Of a stretch of DNA of 64,000 nt, positions 13,157-26,797 are shown piece by piece (position 1 is the first letter of the stretch; each line of letters begins with the position of its first letter). A model generated the notes under the pieces. It was not told the DNA's origin. It made no database searches and saw nothing but the letters and a program-made list of their open reading frames with translations. Both the position numbers and the translations under genes were made by a program. The stretch comes from Setoptus koraiensis (taxonomy: Eukaryota; Animalia; Arthropoda), in NCBI GenBank assembly GCA_048013815.1, contig CM106586.1, positions 124,001 through 188,000 of the forward strand. The letters run 5' to 3'.

Positions 13157-16100
13157 GGCCAGGTAGAGGAGAGCAGAGATTGAGTCTGGTCAGTTGTTGA
13201 ACGGGCAGCAGTCGAGTGAGTCGCTATCGGATGCAGGGAGAGCGATGCAGAGTTGCGCAGATCGCACACTGTTTATTCGCAGTTTATTCGCTGTTTATTC
13301 GCTCTTTTGCCAGCCAATATTAACGTTGGCAATTAACGAGCGAATGGCAAGACGGCCAATAGCGCAAAGATAAGAACAGATGAAGCATGAGAGGGCTTCG
13401 TTGTTGGCCGACACTGGGCATTAGAAAGAACATAAAAACACACTTTAATGCGCCGGCTAACGGCACAAGACGACTGCCGGCCGCCAGCCGAGCACGACTC
13501 TGGCCTGTGATGTCTTTTTGTATATTCTTAGCTACAAACAACGACGACGACGACGACGACGACAAGCACCACGGCTGAGCAGATAACAACAATTAAGCAA
13601 CCAGTAGTGTTACTGTCAGTGTTACTGTGCCGCTAGCGAGCGCCGGTGATAGCCACACTGACAGTGAGCTACAGTGAGGACTCAGCTAACGTTCGAGACG
13701 CCGAAAGGAGTGAGATGAGCCGAAATAATTATTCCAAATTAATGACGCTTTAAACGTTGCCTGGCCAAAGTGCGCTGGCCGTTGCTGCCGACGCAATCTC
13801 ACTGACCGGTGCATGCCTAACTGGACTAAACTGCAGTGTTGTGATGGCCACGCCACACAACTAGCTCAACTTGTTGCATTGCATTAGCCTCTATGGATAC
13901 TCGCTAATTGGTGTGTGTGTGCGTGTGCTTCAAAGGTAGTGAGTGTGTGTGTGTTTCAAAGGTAGTGAGTGTGTGTGTTGGTGTGAGAGAAAGAGGCAAC
14001 CTGTTGATGCGTCTGTTCATTGGCGTTTGTGCAAATGTCTTGATGAACACGACCGCTAGTTGGCCGTTGTAACGTTACGTTGTATTGGGCGGCTGCATGA
14101 TTGGCCGCTCGACTCATTGGCCGGCGCTCTCATTGGCGGACAGCGTCGTGAAACACAAGACATTATGTGTCTTTAATTAGTTAGCGGCAGCATGAGCGAC
14201 AAGCCAACAGCGGATAAGCCAAACACAGCGACACAGCCAACAACAAGCCACATTTATAATCAGCATTCGCATGATTGACGGAGATAGTGATATCATATTT
14301 TGCTGCTTGCGTTAGTTACGTCAGTTGCTGTCAGTGGCAACAACTTGCGCTGGCCAGTTGGCCAGTGAAAGTTGTTGCTGGCACCGATGGAAGCCGCGCC
14401 AAGACGGGACGACACGACACGATGCAACCAGTGGTGGCCAGCACTAACGTTATGTAACAGGCAACTAGCAACAGTTGGCAGCAAGCTTATTTGTAGAGAG
14501 ACTAAATCATTGACATTAAAAATGACATGACTTATCAACAGCCAGCCGGCCGCTCACTGGTCACTCACTGGCCAGTGTACAGATGCACCATACAATACGA
14601 TGTGTGTGTCTCAAAGGTAGTGTGTGTGTGTTGTGCGGACATGATACATGCCGCAATGAACGATATTAGACACATAATGAAATGGACATGTACACATAAT
14701 GATGATATATTGCAATTTAAAATGCAGCCTGTTTAACATGGCCTCATGTAAGCATGGCAACATGGCTGTAAGCATAGTTTAATAATAGTTTGATACAGCA
14801 CAGGTAAAAGTTGTGTCAGTTGGCAGCGGAGTAACACATAAATCATTTAGTAGAGCAAAATAATCTCGTTCCTCTTTTACCTAGCAACTGTAAACTGTCT
14901 AACTGGCACCAACTGGCTTTAGCACTTTTTCTCAATACTTTTTTGCCTCAATTGGCGACTCTCTTGAATAATGTATGTGCCGCTATACAACAACTGACAA
15001 CTGTAAAACTGTGCAGACTTTGCACTCTCTCTCTCTCCCTCAATCACTTGTTTGGTCAGTTACGTAATGTATAATGCACAGTAATGTTGCGGTGTCGGTG
15101 TGTGTATAACGGCACACCGACTGACAGCGACACATCAGCTGATAAGGCTGTTGTGAGATTGAATTGGCAATGCATGGCAAGCATCAGCATTGATGCAATG
15201 GTTTGCATCAAATTGAAACTGACTGATATTGTGAGCGAAATTGAATTGAATTCAATTCAATTCAATTCAATTCAATTTGAACCATTCCGACACACAAATG
15301 ATAATTTTCACATTTTGCAAACACCAATTGATAGCAAAGCGACCAACTGACAGTTAGACACCTTTGGCCAGCTTACAGACAAGCGGGCCAAAGCGAGTAG
15401 TCATCACTTCTCAATCGCTACATAGTGATGCAATGAGATGCAATGTTGTACACACTTTCAATTATTCATTTTCGCACCATTGTGTCGCACCATCGTGTCT
15501 CGCCTCGCATCCTGTCGCATCATCATCGATTGTCCACATAATTTATATAGATTTATATAGATCAGTGTCCACTGGCTAGATAGCACCCCCGCATTTGGCA
15601 GAAGCGACACCAGGGGATGGCAAGCACACTGCAACTGTCAGACTAGGATGGTTGCACTGTACGCTCGTTACACTGCCTACACCAAATGTAACGGTCAATG
15701 GATTAATGGTGCGTGTGTATTATTAGTAACGATAACAGGTACTATTAGTATCAGTATTAGTATTGCCATGTTTGCCTGTTAGGTAACTTGTTGTAACATT
15801 GTTGTTGTGTGCAGTATTGGTGTAAAGCGCTTTAAAATAGATCATGCTCATGATGCCAGTGACAGGCAGCGGACAGTGTGAATAAAATGAACACACTCGC
15901 TTCACTTTCAATGACAATAATCCCTTTTTGGGTACTGATACACACCAGCACACATCATTATTGCAAATTGCAACAGGTGAATTGTCAGTGTGGCTGCCGT
16001 TTCGCCAATGTCGACTGTGTAATAGAGTGAGAGCGTGACAATTTTGCGTCGTGTGTCCACAACACACACACACACATTACGACGTAATGATTACGTAAGT

Positions 16101-16360
16101 GCTTGTGTGTGTTCCATTATGAGTGTGTGTTTGTGGCGTGTTGGTCGTGATGAAAACTAGACCAACTGCAAGTAAAAGAACGTACCCATTAATAAACGTA
16201 CAAATGATATGGATAGATAAGTTGATATCGAGTTAAGGCAAGCAAACACTTTTGCACATTTTCGCAACCGACTGAATACTTAAAACTGACCAAAAGTGAA
16301 CAAGCTTGACAAATGGCACTTGTCGTTGTTTGCACGGCGACACAACGAAGACGACAGAAG

Positions 16361-16440
16361 GTTTTAGTTTCAGTTTCAGTCTCCGTTTCAATTTCAGCTT
16401 TAGTTTTAGTTTCAGTTTCAGTTTTAGTTTCAGTTTCAAA
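16361..16440. repeat. Degenerate hexamer repeat (GTTTCA/GTTTTA)
   Basis: Read directly. Confidence 0.85.
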
Positions 16441-16681
16441 CTGAATATAATCTAATAAGACGAACTTTCTTATCTCGACATCTTGCCATTGCGATGTGTA
16501 TGTGACTGACAATATTAACCAACAACTATTTGGTCTTGCACCAGAACTGTATCAGATCAGTGAGAGATGTATTAGATAAGCAGCATGAACGCCAACGATT
16601 ATGCGCCCGTTGCCTGGCCTTACCATGCGCGGTTCATTGGATTGCATTTGAATATGAGCTGCATTTGAATCGAGCTCAATT

Positions 16682-16770
16682 CAACCGAACCAAAATGAAC
16701 CGAACTGGACCGAACTGGACCGAACTGAACCGAAATGAACCGAAACGAACCAAACCAAACTGAACTGAAT
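16682..16770. repeat. Degenerate pentamer/decamer repeat (GAACC/GAACT)
   Basis: Read directly. Confidence 0.85.
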
Positions 16771-18516
16771 GTTTTTAATTCGGCGCAACAAATTCATTTC
16801 GAATCTCGACTTTCAAAGCTCGAAAAACTGTAACTTGGACAACTTTCTATTGGTGGTCACAATCGTGTTGCTCAAGCGCCAAGTCGCCAAGTACAAATTA
16901 TTATTATTATCATCATTATATGCACAATACAAATAATAATGAATGATGTAATCATGAAAAGGCACGTCTCTCTATCTCGATAAGTTGGCGCATGTTCACT
17001 GATGATGTTAACCAACTGTTTATGATAACTATAATTAACATTGCATTCACAAAATTATTGAACAAACTTATTGTGGTCGTGATGGCGTCATTATAACAAC
17101 GCAAGCTAACATTAACTGACAAACAATACGTTGCAACCGTGTCAATGATAACATTTATGTCCCGTGAAACATTAACCAGTTAAGTTATTTGTAAGTTACC
17201 TTGTTTGCGGCCATTTGAGGAAACATAAATCACTCACTATATCGCACACAAATAACTGCACTGCACTGCACCAAAAAACACTTGGCAATACAAGATTTAT
17301 GTCTTGATATGGCATGATTTAGTTGCAAAACAAGGGATAGAGTTATCTTTGTTTATCAGTGTAATCAGATAAAGAGTTAACTGTGAGTTTTATGTTCCAC
17401 AAACAATTGTGAGTTGCACTGACAATCTCACTGTGACATGGGCCCAGTCGTATATTACACAATGTGTAACTGTATTAAGTTGTAAATCTTTTAATACTGC
17501 AATAATATCGCTATGTCATGTCAGACGTAAGCCTGGTTGTTGTGGGCAACACAACTGGCCAATAAGAAATGATTCTTCTTCTATTATAACAACACTCCAG
17601 CCATGCCCACACGCTGACCTTAATTAGTGAGATAAATTTAAATTGAATTAATTTAATAGGAGGCTCACAGAATGATGATGACATCATAACGTGCATGCGT
17701 AACATCATGTGTGTAACATGAGCAATAAACAACTGGTTTGTGTGTGCGTCTGGTTACGATTGGTCAGGTAAAATAACAGTTGCATCATTATGTAATCACA
17801 TCAACCGTCATGATGCTCGATCTCATGCAAATTTCATGTGAGTGTGCGCGTGTGAAAGATTGTCGTGCAGGCAACAGTGCGGCCGAGTTAAGAGCCGTAC
17901 ATCAATTGGTCTGGCCCATAATGACGACCACCACCACCACCACCACCACGATGATAATGATGATAATGTCGGTGATGATGATGATGATGATAATGATGGC
18001 GATGACGATGACGAAATCAGCATGATATCATCCTTTTTCGTTTGGTCATGGCACAAACGCACATCAATTGGCTAGCTGCTAACACTTAAGCTGGCCAGTA
18101 TCGGCCACTATTACATCATATACGGTGTACAAACGATGATGCAACCAGGGTATAGAAATACATTGCGCGTTAATTAATAATTAACGTGAAGCGTTGATCA
18201 CCTCAACGAAAGCGGCCAGAGCGAGACAGCAATTAAAAAGAGTTAGCTAGATGATACAACTCATACAACAACAAAGAATGTGTATCTTTGTTGTTGTATT
18301 GACTTTCCTTTTATTTTGTGTCTGTTCAGACAAAGAGACAATTTGTTGCTCGACCGTCAGTTAGTTAGCTGCTGTTGCAAATAACGGTGCACCGAGGACA
18401 TAATAACAAGTAAGCAATACGCTAAATAGAAAAGTCATCGCCTTGTTTTCGTCCTTTTCTCCAATGAATCATAATCTGTGCCACCGCATGTACAAAATAA
18501 AGTTATTTCCTTATAC

Positions 18517-18576
18517 TGCACCATGCATCATGCATCATGCATCATGCACCATGCACCATGCACCATGCACCATGCA
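18517..18576. repeat. Heptamer repeat TGCAYCA, ~8.5 copies
   Basis: Read directly. Confidence 0.9.
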
Positions 18577-19092
18577 GTCATACAATAGAGGTTGGTCGGT
18601 TGATGTTGCATCTTAGATGAGCATACATACAATTGAGATACAATAATGTTGTATCTGTCAAAAATCAAATGAGCAGTTAGCTAGCGGTCATTGCTAACAG
18701 TTAGTTATTGTCTGTCTGTCTGGTTGATGGTGCAATGACGATAAGCCGTTGCTAAAATGCAACCACCAGTGCAACTAGAGTGTATAACGTGTATCCAATT
18801 AAGCAACAACAATATAATTAAGCGAGCTTTTAAAACAACTTTGTGGGCTAGACAATCTAACTGTAATTGTAAGTGAGCCCTGAGCACTGATAGGTGTACA
18901 GTGAATTACAAATGCAGTCGCTTTGTTGTTTGTTGAGTGTCATCATGATGATTAATGCAAATTAATCCACTGAACAAACGATAAAGGAAACAATGTTGGT
19001 CTCATTTTGTGAGGTTACCTAGTGCAACGTTTGTATAATGTTTTGTCGAATCACTAGTAATTGAAACGATTAGTTTAGTGGATCTAAGGAAG

Positions 19093-19134
19093 CGCCAATG
19101 AAAGACGCCAATGAAAGACGCCAATGAAAGACGC
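19093..19134. repeat. Tandem repeat, 13-bp unit CGCCAATGAAAGA x3
   Basis: Read directly; each unit contains CCAAT. Confidence 0.9.
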
Positions 19135-19502
19135 GAATAAATTGAGAGAGCAACAATGAGTCACGATACAACAAATGGCTGCCAGGCAAATAAATAAAAT
19201 CAACATTATAAAACATGATGATATAACGTCAACGTTGATGATGCACTCACATGTACAACAATCTACAATCGAGTGTCAAACACTGACAAAGAGAGATGAT
19301 GATCGCCATTAGAAGCAAAGGTTATATATTAATTTTAGGTTTATTTGTGCTCGTGTTTATGGCCACTTATTGACTTATAATTGGATGCATTTGAGCAACA
19401 TTCACATGCATGTATATGATGTGTATAATATTATGTTAGCTATCAGCTATAGGCCATTAGGTCAGTTGTTTCAGCCACCTTATTCACCTGTTATTCTTGT
19501 CC

Positions 19503-19568
19503 GTGTGTCCATCACTGTGAGTGTGTCCATCACTGTGAGTGTGTCCATCACTGTGAGTGTGTCCATCA
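19503..19568. repeat. Tandem repeat, 18-bp unit GTGTGTCCATCACTGTGA, ~3.7 copies
   Basis: Read directly. Confidence 0.9.
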
Positions 19569-22500
19569 GTCTATCTTTGTTGTTGTTGGTCTATACATGT
19601 AATGTATTTGACCATTTGAGCATCTTACATGTGAGAGCGACGTGAAAGAGCAAAAACAAGTTGCAATTGAATGCAAGCGGCATGTAAGATGAGAAAGTGA
19701 GGCTCGCGTATAACGGATTCAATCGCACAAGTGAAACAGTTTGCGGTCAGTATAAATAAATACTCATCATGATTGATATTGCCATGCTAACACAAAGTAC
19801 AAGTAAAGATAAGCCAATTGTGCTCGCTGACCGGATGGCAGCTAAGCAGCCAGATGATAAACGGTCGCCAGATATAAATACAACTAACCGATTACATAAT
19901 AGTTTATGTGTTCGCGTGGACCACACATTGTTACATTGTTGTTACAATGCACAATAGTGTACATACACATAAATCTCATTGAGAGCTCAAGAGAATTCAA
20001 TCCAATGGCCACTTGTTAATAAATGGACAGTAAGTTTGTTTGCTATTAATATCCACACTCGCTTGTAACAGTTGTGATGCCACACACACACACACACACA
20101 CACACGCCAAAGAGAAAGTTAATAGTTAGCTTAATGATAGTTAGCTTGCTAGTAACAATGACGATCTATTTAATGAGATAAACTGTATAATTATAAATAA
20201 CAAGTCAGCAGCACCAACTGTTACCTGTGTTCATAACTTCAGACGTTCTCACTTACGTAATAGATGAATAATGTATTGTATGATAATTAACCATCGACAA
20301 TGTAATTAACATTTTACATTTCAGCTAACTATAGCGCTGTATTGACCATTGATAAACATAGATGAGCTTTAGTTTGTTTTGTTTTGGCTTGCTATCCGCT
20401 TGCTCTGTCAGCCATCTCGCTGTAACCATATTAGTTAACAACAAACCCAAAATACAGGCTAATTAAACAAATGTCCGCTTCAGTCACAATGCAATCCTCT
20501 CATACATCTACATCTTCATCTTATTTTGCTTGAATTGGTTCTTGGCTGCCAATTTGAACAATCGCAATTGCCACATGATGCAATGCTAATAACTCTATAG
20601 AAAGCACATGATGCCATTGGTAAAAATGGTAACTTTTACAAATCATAACATTACAACATGTTTGATAGACATGATTGCGACAACATTTTACTTGTGTATT
20701 TTTACTTTATACTGGTAGATTGATGGTATATTATTAGCGTGATTGTTGAGGTATTGTTTAGTCATTGCTAACACTCTTAAAGTTACACTCTTCAATTCGA
20801 CTCTCTATTTGAACTAGCAAAAAGGCATATTCATCTATTGTCAATTGTCCAACTAATTAACTGATAACTAACAAGTGCCTTACAAACACAACAACAATTA
20901 ACGTTAAGTAGACTAAACCAGCTTAAGTCAGTTAATTATTTGCGTTCCGCCTTGGTCATCATTCATTTATCCCTACAGTTGAGACATTCTCACTATGCTC
21001 TCTTTGATAATTTGTTCGCGTAGCTATGGTAACATCTTAGCTTTAATTACCACTATTACCGTTAATCATAATACCAATAGTAATACAGGTATTTTGTAAT
21101 ATCCACACTACAGACATTACCTATGCAAACAGTATAAGGAACATTATTCTGATTTGGTGTTTTGTTTGATACTATTTAGTATGACAGTGCATTGTGACAT
21201 GCACCATTGGTTGGTCTAGTTAACAAACATTCACTCGATTCACAGATGAACCCGAGTCGGCTTATGTTTTCATTTTCTAATCCAATTCTTTTTAGACCTG
21301 CGATACACAAATCGAATAATATCAATTAATGTCTGTCATCATATGTGCTAACAAGTGTTATGTCCTTGTAATTTTTCTCTTTTGAAATTGTCTGATTGAT
21401 ACAGTTATTCTCGCTTTAATGGTGTAAATGGATAAATGTTATGCGGGTAATAATGACAACGAGAACAAATTCCGTAACGTTTCGAGTTTCAGCATGTTTT
21501 GTGAGAATAATATTTGTTCAATGCGAGTCCTTAGTTCGAATCAGAAAGTATATTCACACACTTCTAATAGACTAATACAACTGAATTAGCATCTAAATGA
21601 TCTAGTTGGAAAGGTGGCAAAAAGCTACAGTTTGTAATAATCTATATCTCGATGAAGTAGATAGAAGATTAGCGAGATACACTTTCAAAGACTCCTACAT
21701 CCTTTTGCACATTTTCCTCATTGCAAATCCCAACTTTCGCTGCCAGCATTCCATGTGTATAGACAGGAAAAAATCGTCGGCGAGAAAATGCATTGGTACT
21801 TTGTGTATCGCAATGAAAATTCAGATTGGCATATTGAACTAGAATATGAGGAAAATCCGAGTTGGAATATTGATGATATACCGAGATATAGATAATTAAA
21901 AAGAGTATCGTAACCCAGCCAATAATGAAAATGATTAGACAATTAGATTAGAATCTTGCAAGGTGTCTTCTTTTTGGTGTTTATCTCTGGTTGTAATCGT
22001 TGAGCTTTCGCTTGCTTGATTTGTGGCGGTTAGTAGTCGCTTGATTAGAGGCAAAAATATCTTCGATAGATACAGATGTAGATAGGAGAACCACTCGAGG
22101 AGATGCTATCTTTTGTTCGCAAACGCAGTGAAATTTATTATCATAATAAACGAGTGGGATCTGAATCACACCAATGTAAGGCGATAATTGCAAATGAATT
22201 GAGGCGTCAGCGCAGCCGGTTCATCAATGTAGCGGTATTTTAGTCAAGTTCATGCTTTGGCATAACGGCTGTAACTACATGTGTATATTGCATGAATTAG
22301 ATGGTAAAATGTTCAATTAGAGAGTGAGAGTTGCACATACAAACTTGATAATAACAATATCATTAACTAACATAAATGAGATGAACTGGCTAGATAATCT
22401 AGATAAGCGTCAAATAACGAGATGATGTGTTTAAATCTTAAATGATAACTTTTAAAATGATAGCAGCGATAATTTGCTAAGCGCCCGTTCAACAATAATC

Positions 22501-22632
22501 GTGGCCAATAATCGACATCGTATAATAGGTACGAGTGAGCGAGAGAGGAAGAGATTTAACTAGATTGTAGATGGTCCATCATCATTGAGTTGTCCTTGTG
22601 GCTGTTGGGCCATTGCGGTCACTGCAGTCATT

Positions 22633-22666
<34 letters not shown>

Positions 22667-25600
22667 CGACAATAACTGACACTGACACTGACCAATAATA
22701 TATTTAAAATGCACAGGTATAGAGAACAGATACAGAAGCAAATAAGATAAGAGACGATGATCGATAAATGCAAAAAAAGCGAAGAAAGAAAAAACATGGT
22801 CGCTGTCGTGACATTTTGCTAGCTTGTTGTTGTTCATTCATCATTGGCCCGTTGTCGTGGTAATTAGAATAGAAAATAATTGCAATATACGACTACGAGT
22901 TATTAGTAAAATTGCGTTAAAAAGACACGAAGAAAGAAAAAACTTATCAATCAGATGAATCGATTAATCTAATGATGGTTAGCAACTTGTTACGTTATTC
23001 GGCCGGTTCAATTCGCTTTGATTCGATTCGGCAACTTGAGTTCAATACATAAGTACAGTTCACTGCTTGCTAGTAAACTGACCAATATTGCCAGTTACCT
23101 GTGTGCCTGTAGTAACAGCTGCCTACAGTTGTTACATAACGTACAGTGTGTTATGCACAGGTGTATAAATTGGATAAACCTGTGCTATCCGACAATGAGA
23201 GAGAGCGAGAGAGAACATTGACAAGTGGTGGTTGGTGGTGGGCTAACATCAGCCATCAACTCCATGAACACACTATCGACAACAAGACGGAAGTTACATC
23301 ACACACACACGCACACACACACGGTTAATACAAGCCAATTTTTTACCAGAATGTAAATTTGAAACGTTGCGTAATGCGAGGTGAGCAGAAAATGTGGCAC
23401 CAATAATGTGCTGCGTTTGACCAATTGGCCAATTTAGCTAGTTACAATTATTTAGCCTACGACTAATCATGATTCATATGCTGTTGATCTCGTGGCGCAA
23501 ATACTTTGATTTGCAGTGACCATTATTTATTATTATTTATTTGCATTGTTCATGTTGGGCTTCACATCACCTGTTGGTGTCACGGGTAGCATAGGTCGTG
23601 ATTTAGTGCTAACTTTGGTAGTAACAGTCGCCTGTGGATCAAGGTAGATTAGCGTAGATTAGCGCAAACAAAATCAGTCAATTATCGTTAACATTGCCGA
23701 CAAGTGTGATAGCAAGTGGGTGCAAAAGTCAACTCTTATACGATGAAATCAATCATGCGTGCGTATCAATTAAAACAAAATAAAGACAACAGTGAGACTG
23801 TAATTTAATTAGGAACTGGTCATTGAATATATTAGCGCGTGCTGCTTTTGTTTTAATCTCATGTTTGTTTTGTCGTTAACGTAGCCCCATTGTGAGCTCG
23901 CCGAAGGGCCTTGGCCATTACTCAGCTCGATATATAGTTAGTATTAGTGCTGCTAGTAATCAATTGCATCAGTTGAATCTTTGTTTTGATTAAGTCGCCT
24001 GATTAGCGTCAAAATGGCGGGATTCGCATTTATATCCGTTGGTCACTGTGACAGAGCAGTCTTGTTAGCCGGCGAGTGTGTGCATGATATGTCAACACTG
24101 TTATGGCCCAGTGTTGTTGTTGTTGTTGCTGGTTGTTGTTGCTGTTGCTGTTGTTGCGTCCATTAGTGAGTGCATTGAATGTAGTTGCAAGGCGGCCAAA
24201 GATGATTAGCTCACGACGATGAGCGAGAGATCACATCATGAACATGAGAGATGAATGGACACACTTCCTTCTCCTATTGCTGAAATAGTTGCTCGATGAG
24301 CTAATATGTTGTTGCTGTTGTCGAGGGCACGATCTAGCAGCGGCTGCAGCAGCAATGGTATTTGTAGTATTTGTAGTAGTAGTATGCAAATTTGTCCAAC
24401 TGGTCAGTGGATAAATCTGACCAGTCGCACTGCTTGCATAATTAATTTAATTTCACTTTCACATGATTACGAGCGCGTACACAATTGCACCAACTAACAG
24501 CTATCAACTATCAACTAACATCCAACAGCCAACAGCCAACAGATAACAACTAACAATGTAATGTATCCATTGGGCTTACAATGCAAACACTTTTATTGAC
24601 CCATATTATAGCCATAGGTATAATAGGTGCGTTACGTAATGTCTAATGAGTCGTTGTTCGGCACCTTTACGGTGCCATTGTATCTCAGGCCAATCTCAAC
24701 ATGACTCGACTGGTTTGCTTGATGTGATCGATCCAACACAAGCCATGTGATCGCTATATCTATTATTCTAGCATTATCGCATTACAGTACACTGACTTGT
24801 GAGTCGCACAGTGAGTGTATGTGATTCAACAACATTACGCAACCAACAGATAATAATAATAATGATAAGACGTTAGCTGATTGTGATAGTTGATGCATCC
24901 GTTGGTTGCATTTGGCGTTATAGTTGGCGTTGAATTCATGGTGGCGAGTTAAAGTCGAAAGTCACAACTTGCTGCAATCTCTATTTGCCATACAACCATT
25001 GTGAGTCGTATTCAATCAACCACCAATAAAAAATAAAATCAATGCTGCAATCACTGTTTATATGATGATGTAATATTGTGTGTGTGTGTGTGTGTCAGAT
25101 GCATGACTCTCAGGCATGCATGAGATGGAAATCTCATCTCGATGCATCTGACACATACACACAAATCGATCCGATCGAATATTTCTCATTCTTCTGTCAT
25201 GATTCAACACTTTTAAGCACAATTATTACGCTACATCTCACATCTAACGTTATATCGGTCGTGATTGCATAATAATAAACACCTGTTGTCTCGTGATGTT
25301 TGTATGTGTATGCAGGCAGGATTGCTGTTGTTGTCGTCGTCCAGTATCCGCTATCGTCGTTTAGTTGCCTGGTTGCCTGGTTGCCTAGTTGTATAGAGTT
25401 GCAAAAATCGATAGCCGCACATATATGATAGCTGATCATAGCAACAGCAACAGCAACAGTGTTATGGATAAAACTGGCCAGATAGATTGTATTACGATTA
25501 GGATAGATCCAAGCTGCAAGTCGAAGCCATTCCAAGAATCAGCGTTGAGACGATTATTTTATTTAATCGAGTTTCCGATCACGTCTACTCTCTCTCCCCC

Positions 25601-26294
25601 ACTCCCCGCACTTTGCCTTGGAACGTCTTTTCGCACTATCGTCCATTGCAGACGACGGTCGCCTGATTGCAATTGCATAATTGTTGCCAATTATCACCCA
25701 CCAAGCTAACAGGAATAACAGTAACAGCAACAGCAACACTAACAATAACGGGACAATTTCAGGCGAACAATGATGATATTAGTAATGCTAATGATTTTTA
25801 TTATTGGCCAGCAGCTTATTGGCCATGTTATTGGCAGTCTCTTGATGGAGCTAACAGTTGTAAAAGTAAAAGTTGCTCGCTGCTCCATTACTCGTTGCTA
25901 TTGCTTGTTGTTTGTGCGTTAGAAGTGGCCACCGCAGTAAATCATCGCCTCTTTAAATAACCGGAAGGAAGTGTTTTGGTGTTAGTGTGCGTCCTCTGTT
26001 AGGGGCGCTCATCGATGACGACGACGTTCGTCATCAATGAGCGAATCAATCGATTTCGACACGCCATTTTAGTGACTTGTGTCTTTAATCCTCTTATTAC
26101 ATTGCCCACTACCTGTTAGCTTGGCCATACTTGCTAATGTGGCTAGAATGGCTAGAAACGGCACAGCTAGTACCTGGCCATCACTGGCTGTGAATAGATG
26201 GGCCACTTAATGTGGTGCTGGCCAGGTTAAAAGGTAATGATGATGACAGGTGCTTGTTAGGGTTACATGCAACAATAAATAAGTTAGTGTCACC

Positions 26295-26325
<31 letters not shown>

Positions 26326-26745
26326 GTTGCTGCTGTACTGGTAGCTGCAAGCCGGTAATCAACGATGACGTCATTAGGTGGTCAGTCAGGTGACGCGACA
26401 GAAGCCGTGTTCCAATGTTTGAATATTTTACTCGGTTTCGGTAGCTAAGTAGTTATCATCATTCAATAGTTGAGCCTCTTAATAAGTGTAACATAAGCAT
26501 TACTACAAGTATTAGAATAAGTGTTAGTGTAAGTATGAGCAAAAGTATAAAGAGAAGCGCAAGTGTAAGTATGCATCAGTGCAAGTCAATTAATTATGTT
26601 AAATCTTAAGCCGGCCACCACATTGCGCAACAGCCGTCCAATTTACTTTAGATTGTTTTGTTCGTCCATCTGCTCATTAGCCACTCACATTGAATCACTA
26701 ACATGGCCAGGTAATAAGTCGTAATAGCAATTGCACAACAGCAGC

Positions 26746-26797
<52 letters not shown>

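Noticed and set aside
783-19568. Short direct-repeat arrays as CRISPR-like
   Set aside because: Head-to-tail repeats without unique spacers, no cas genes, eukaryotic context.
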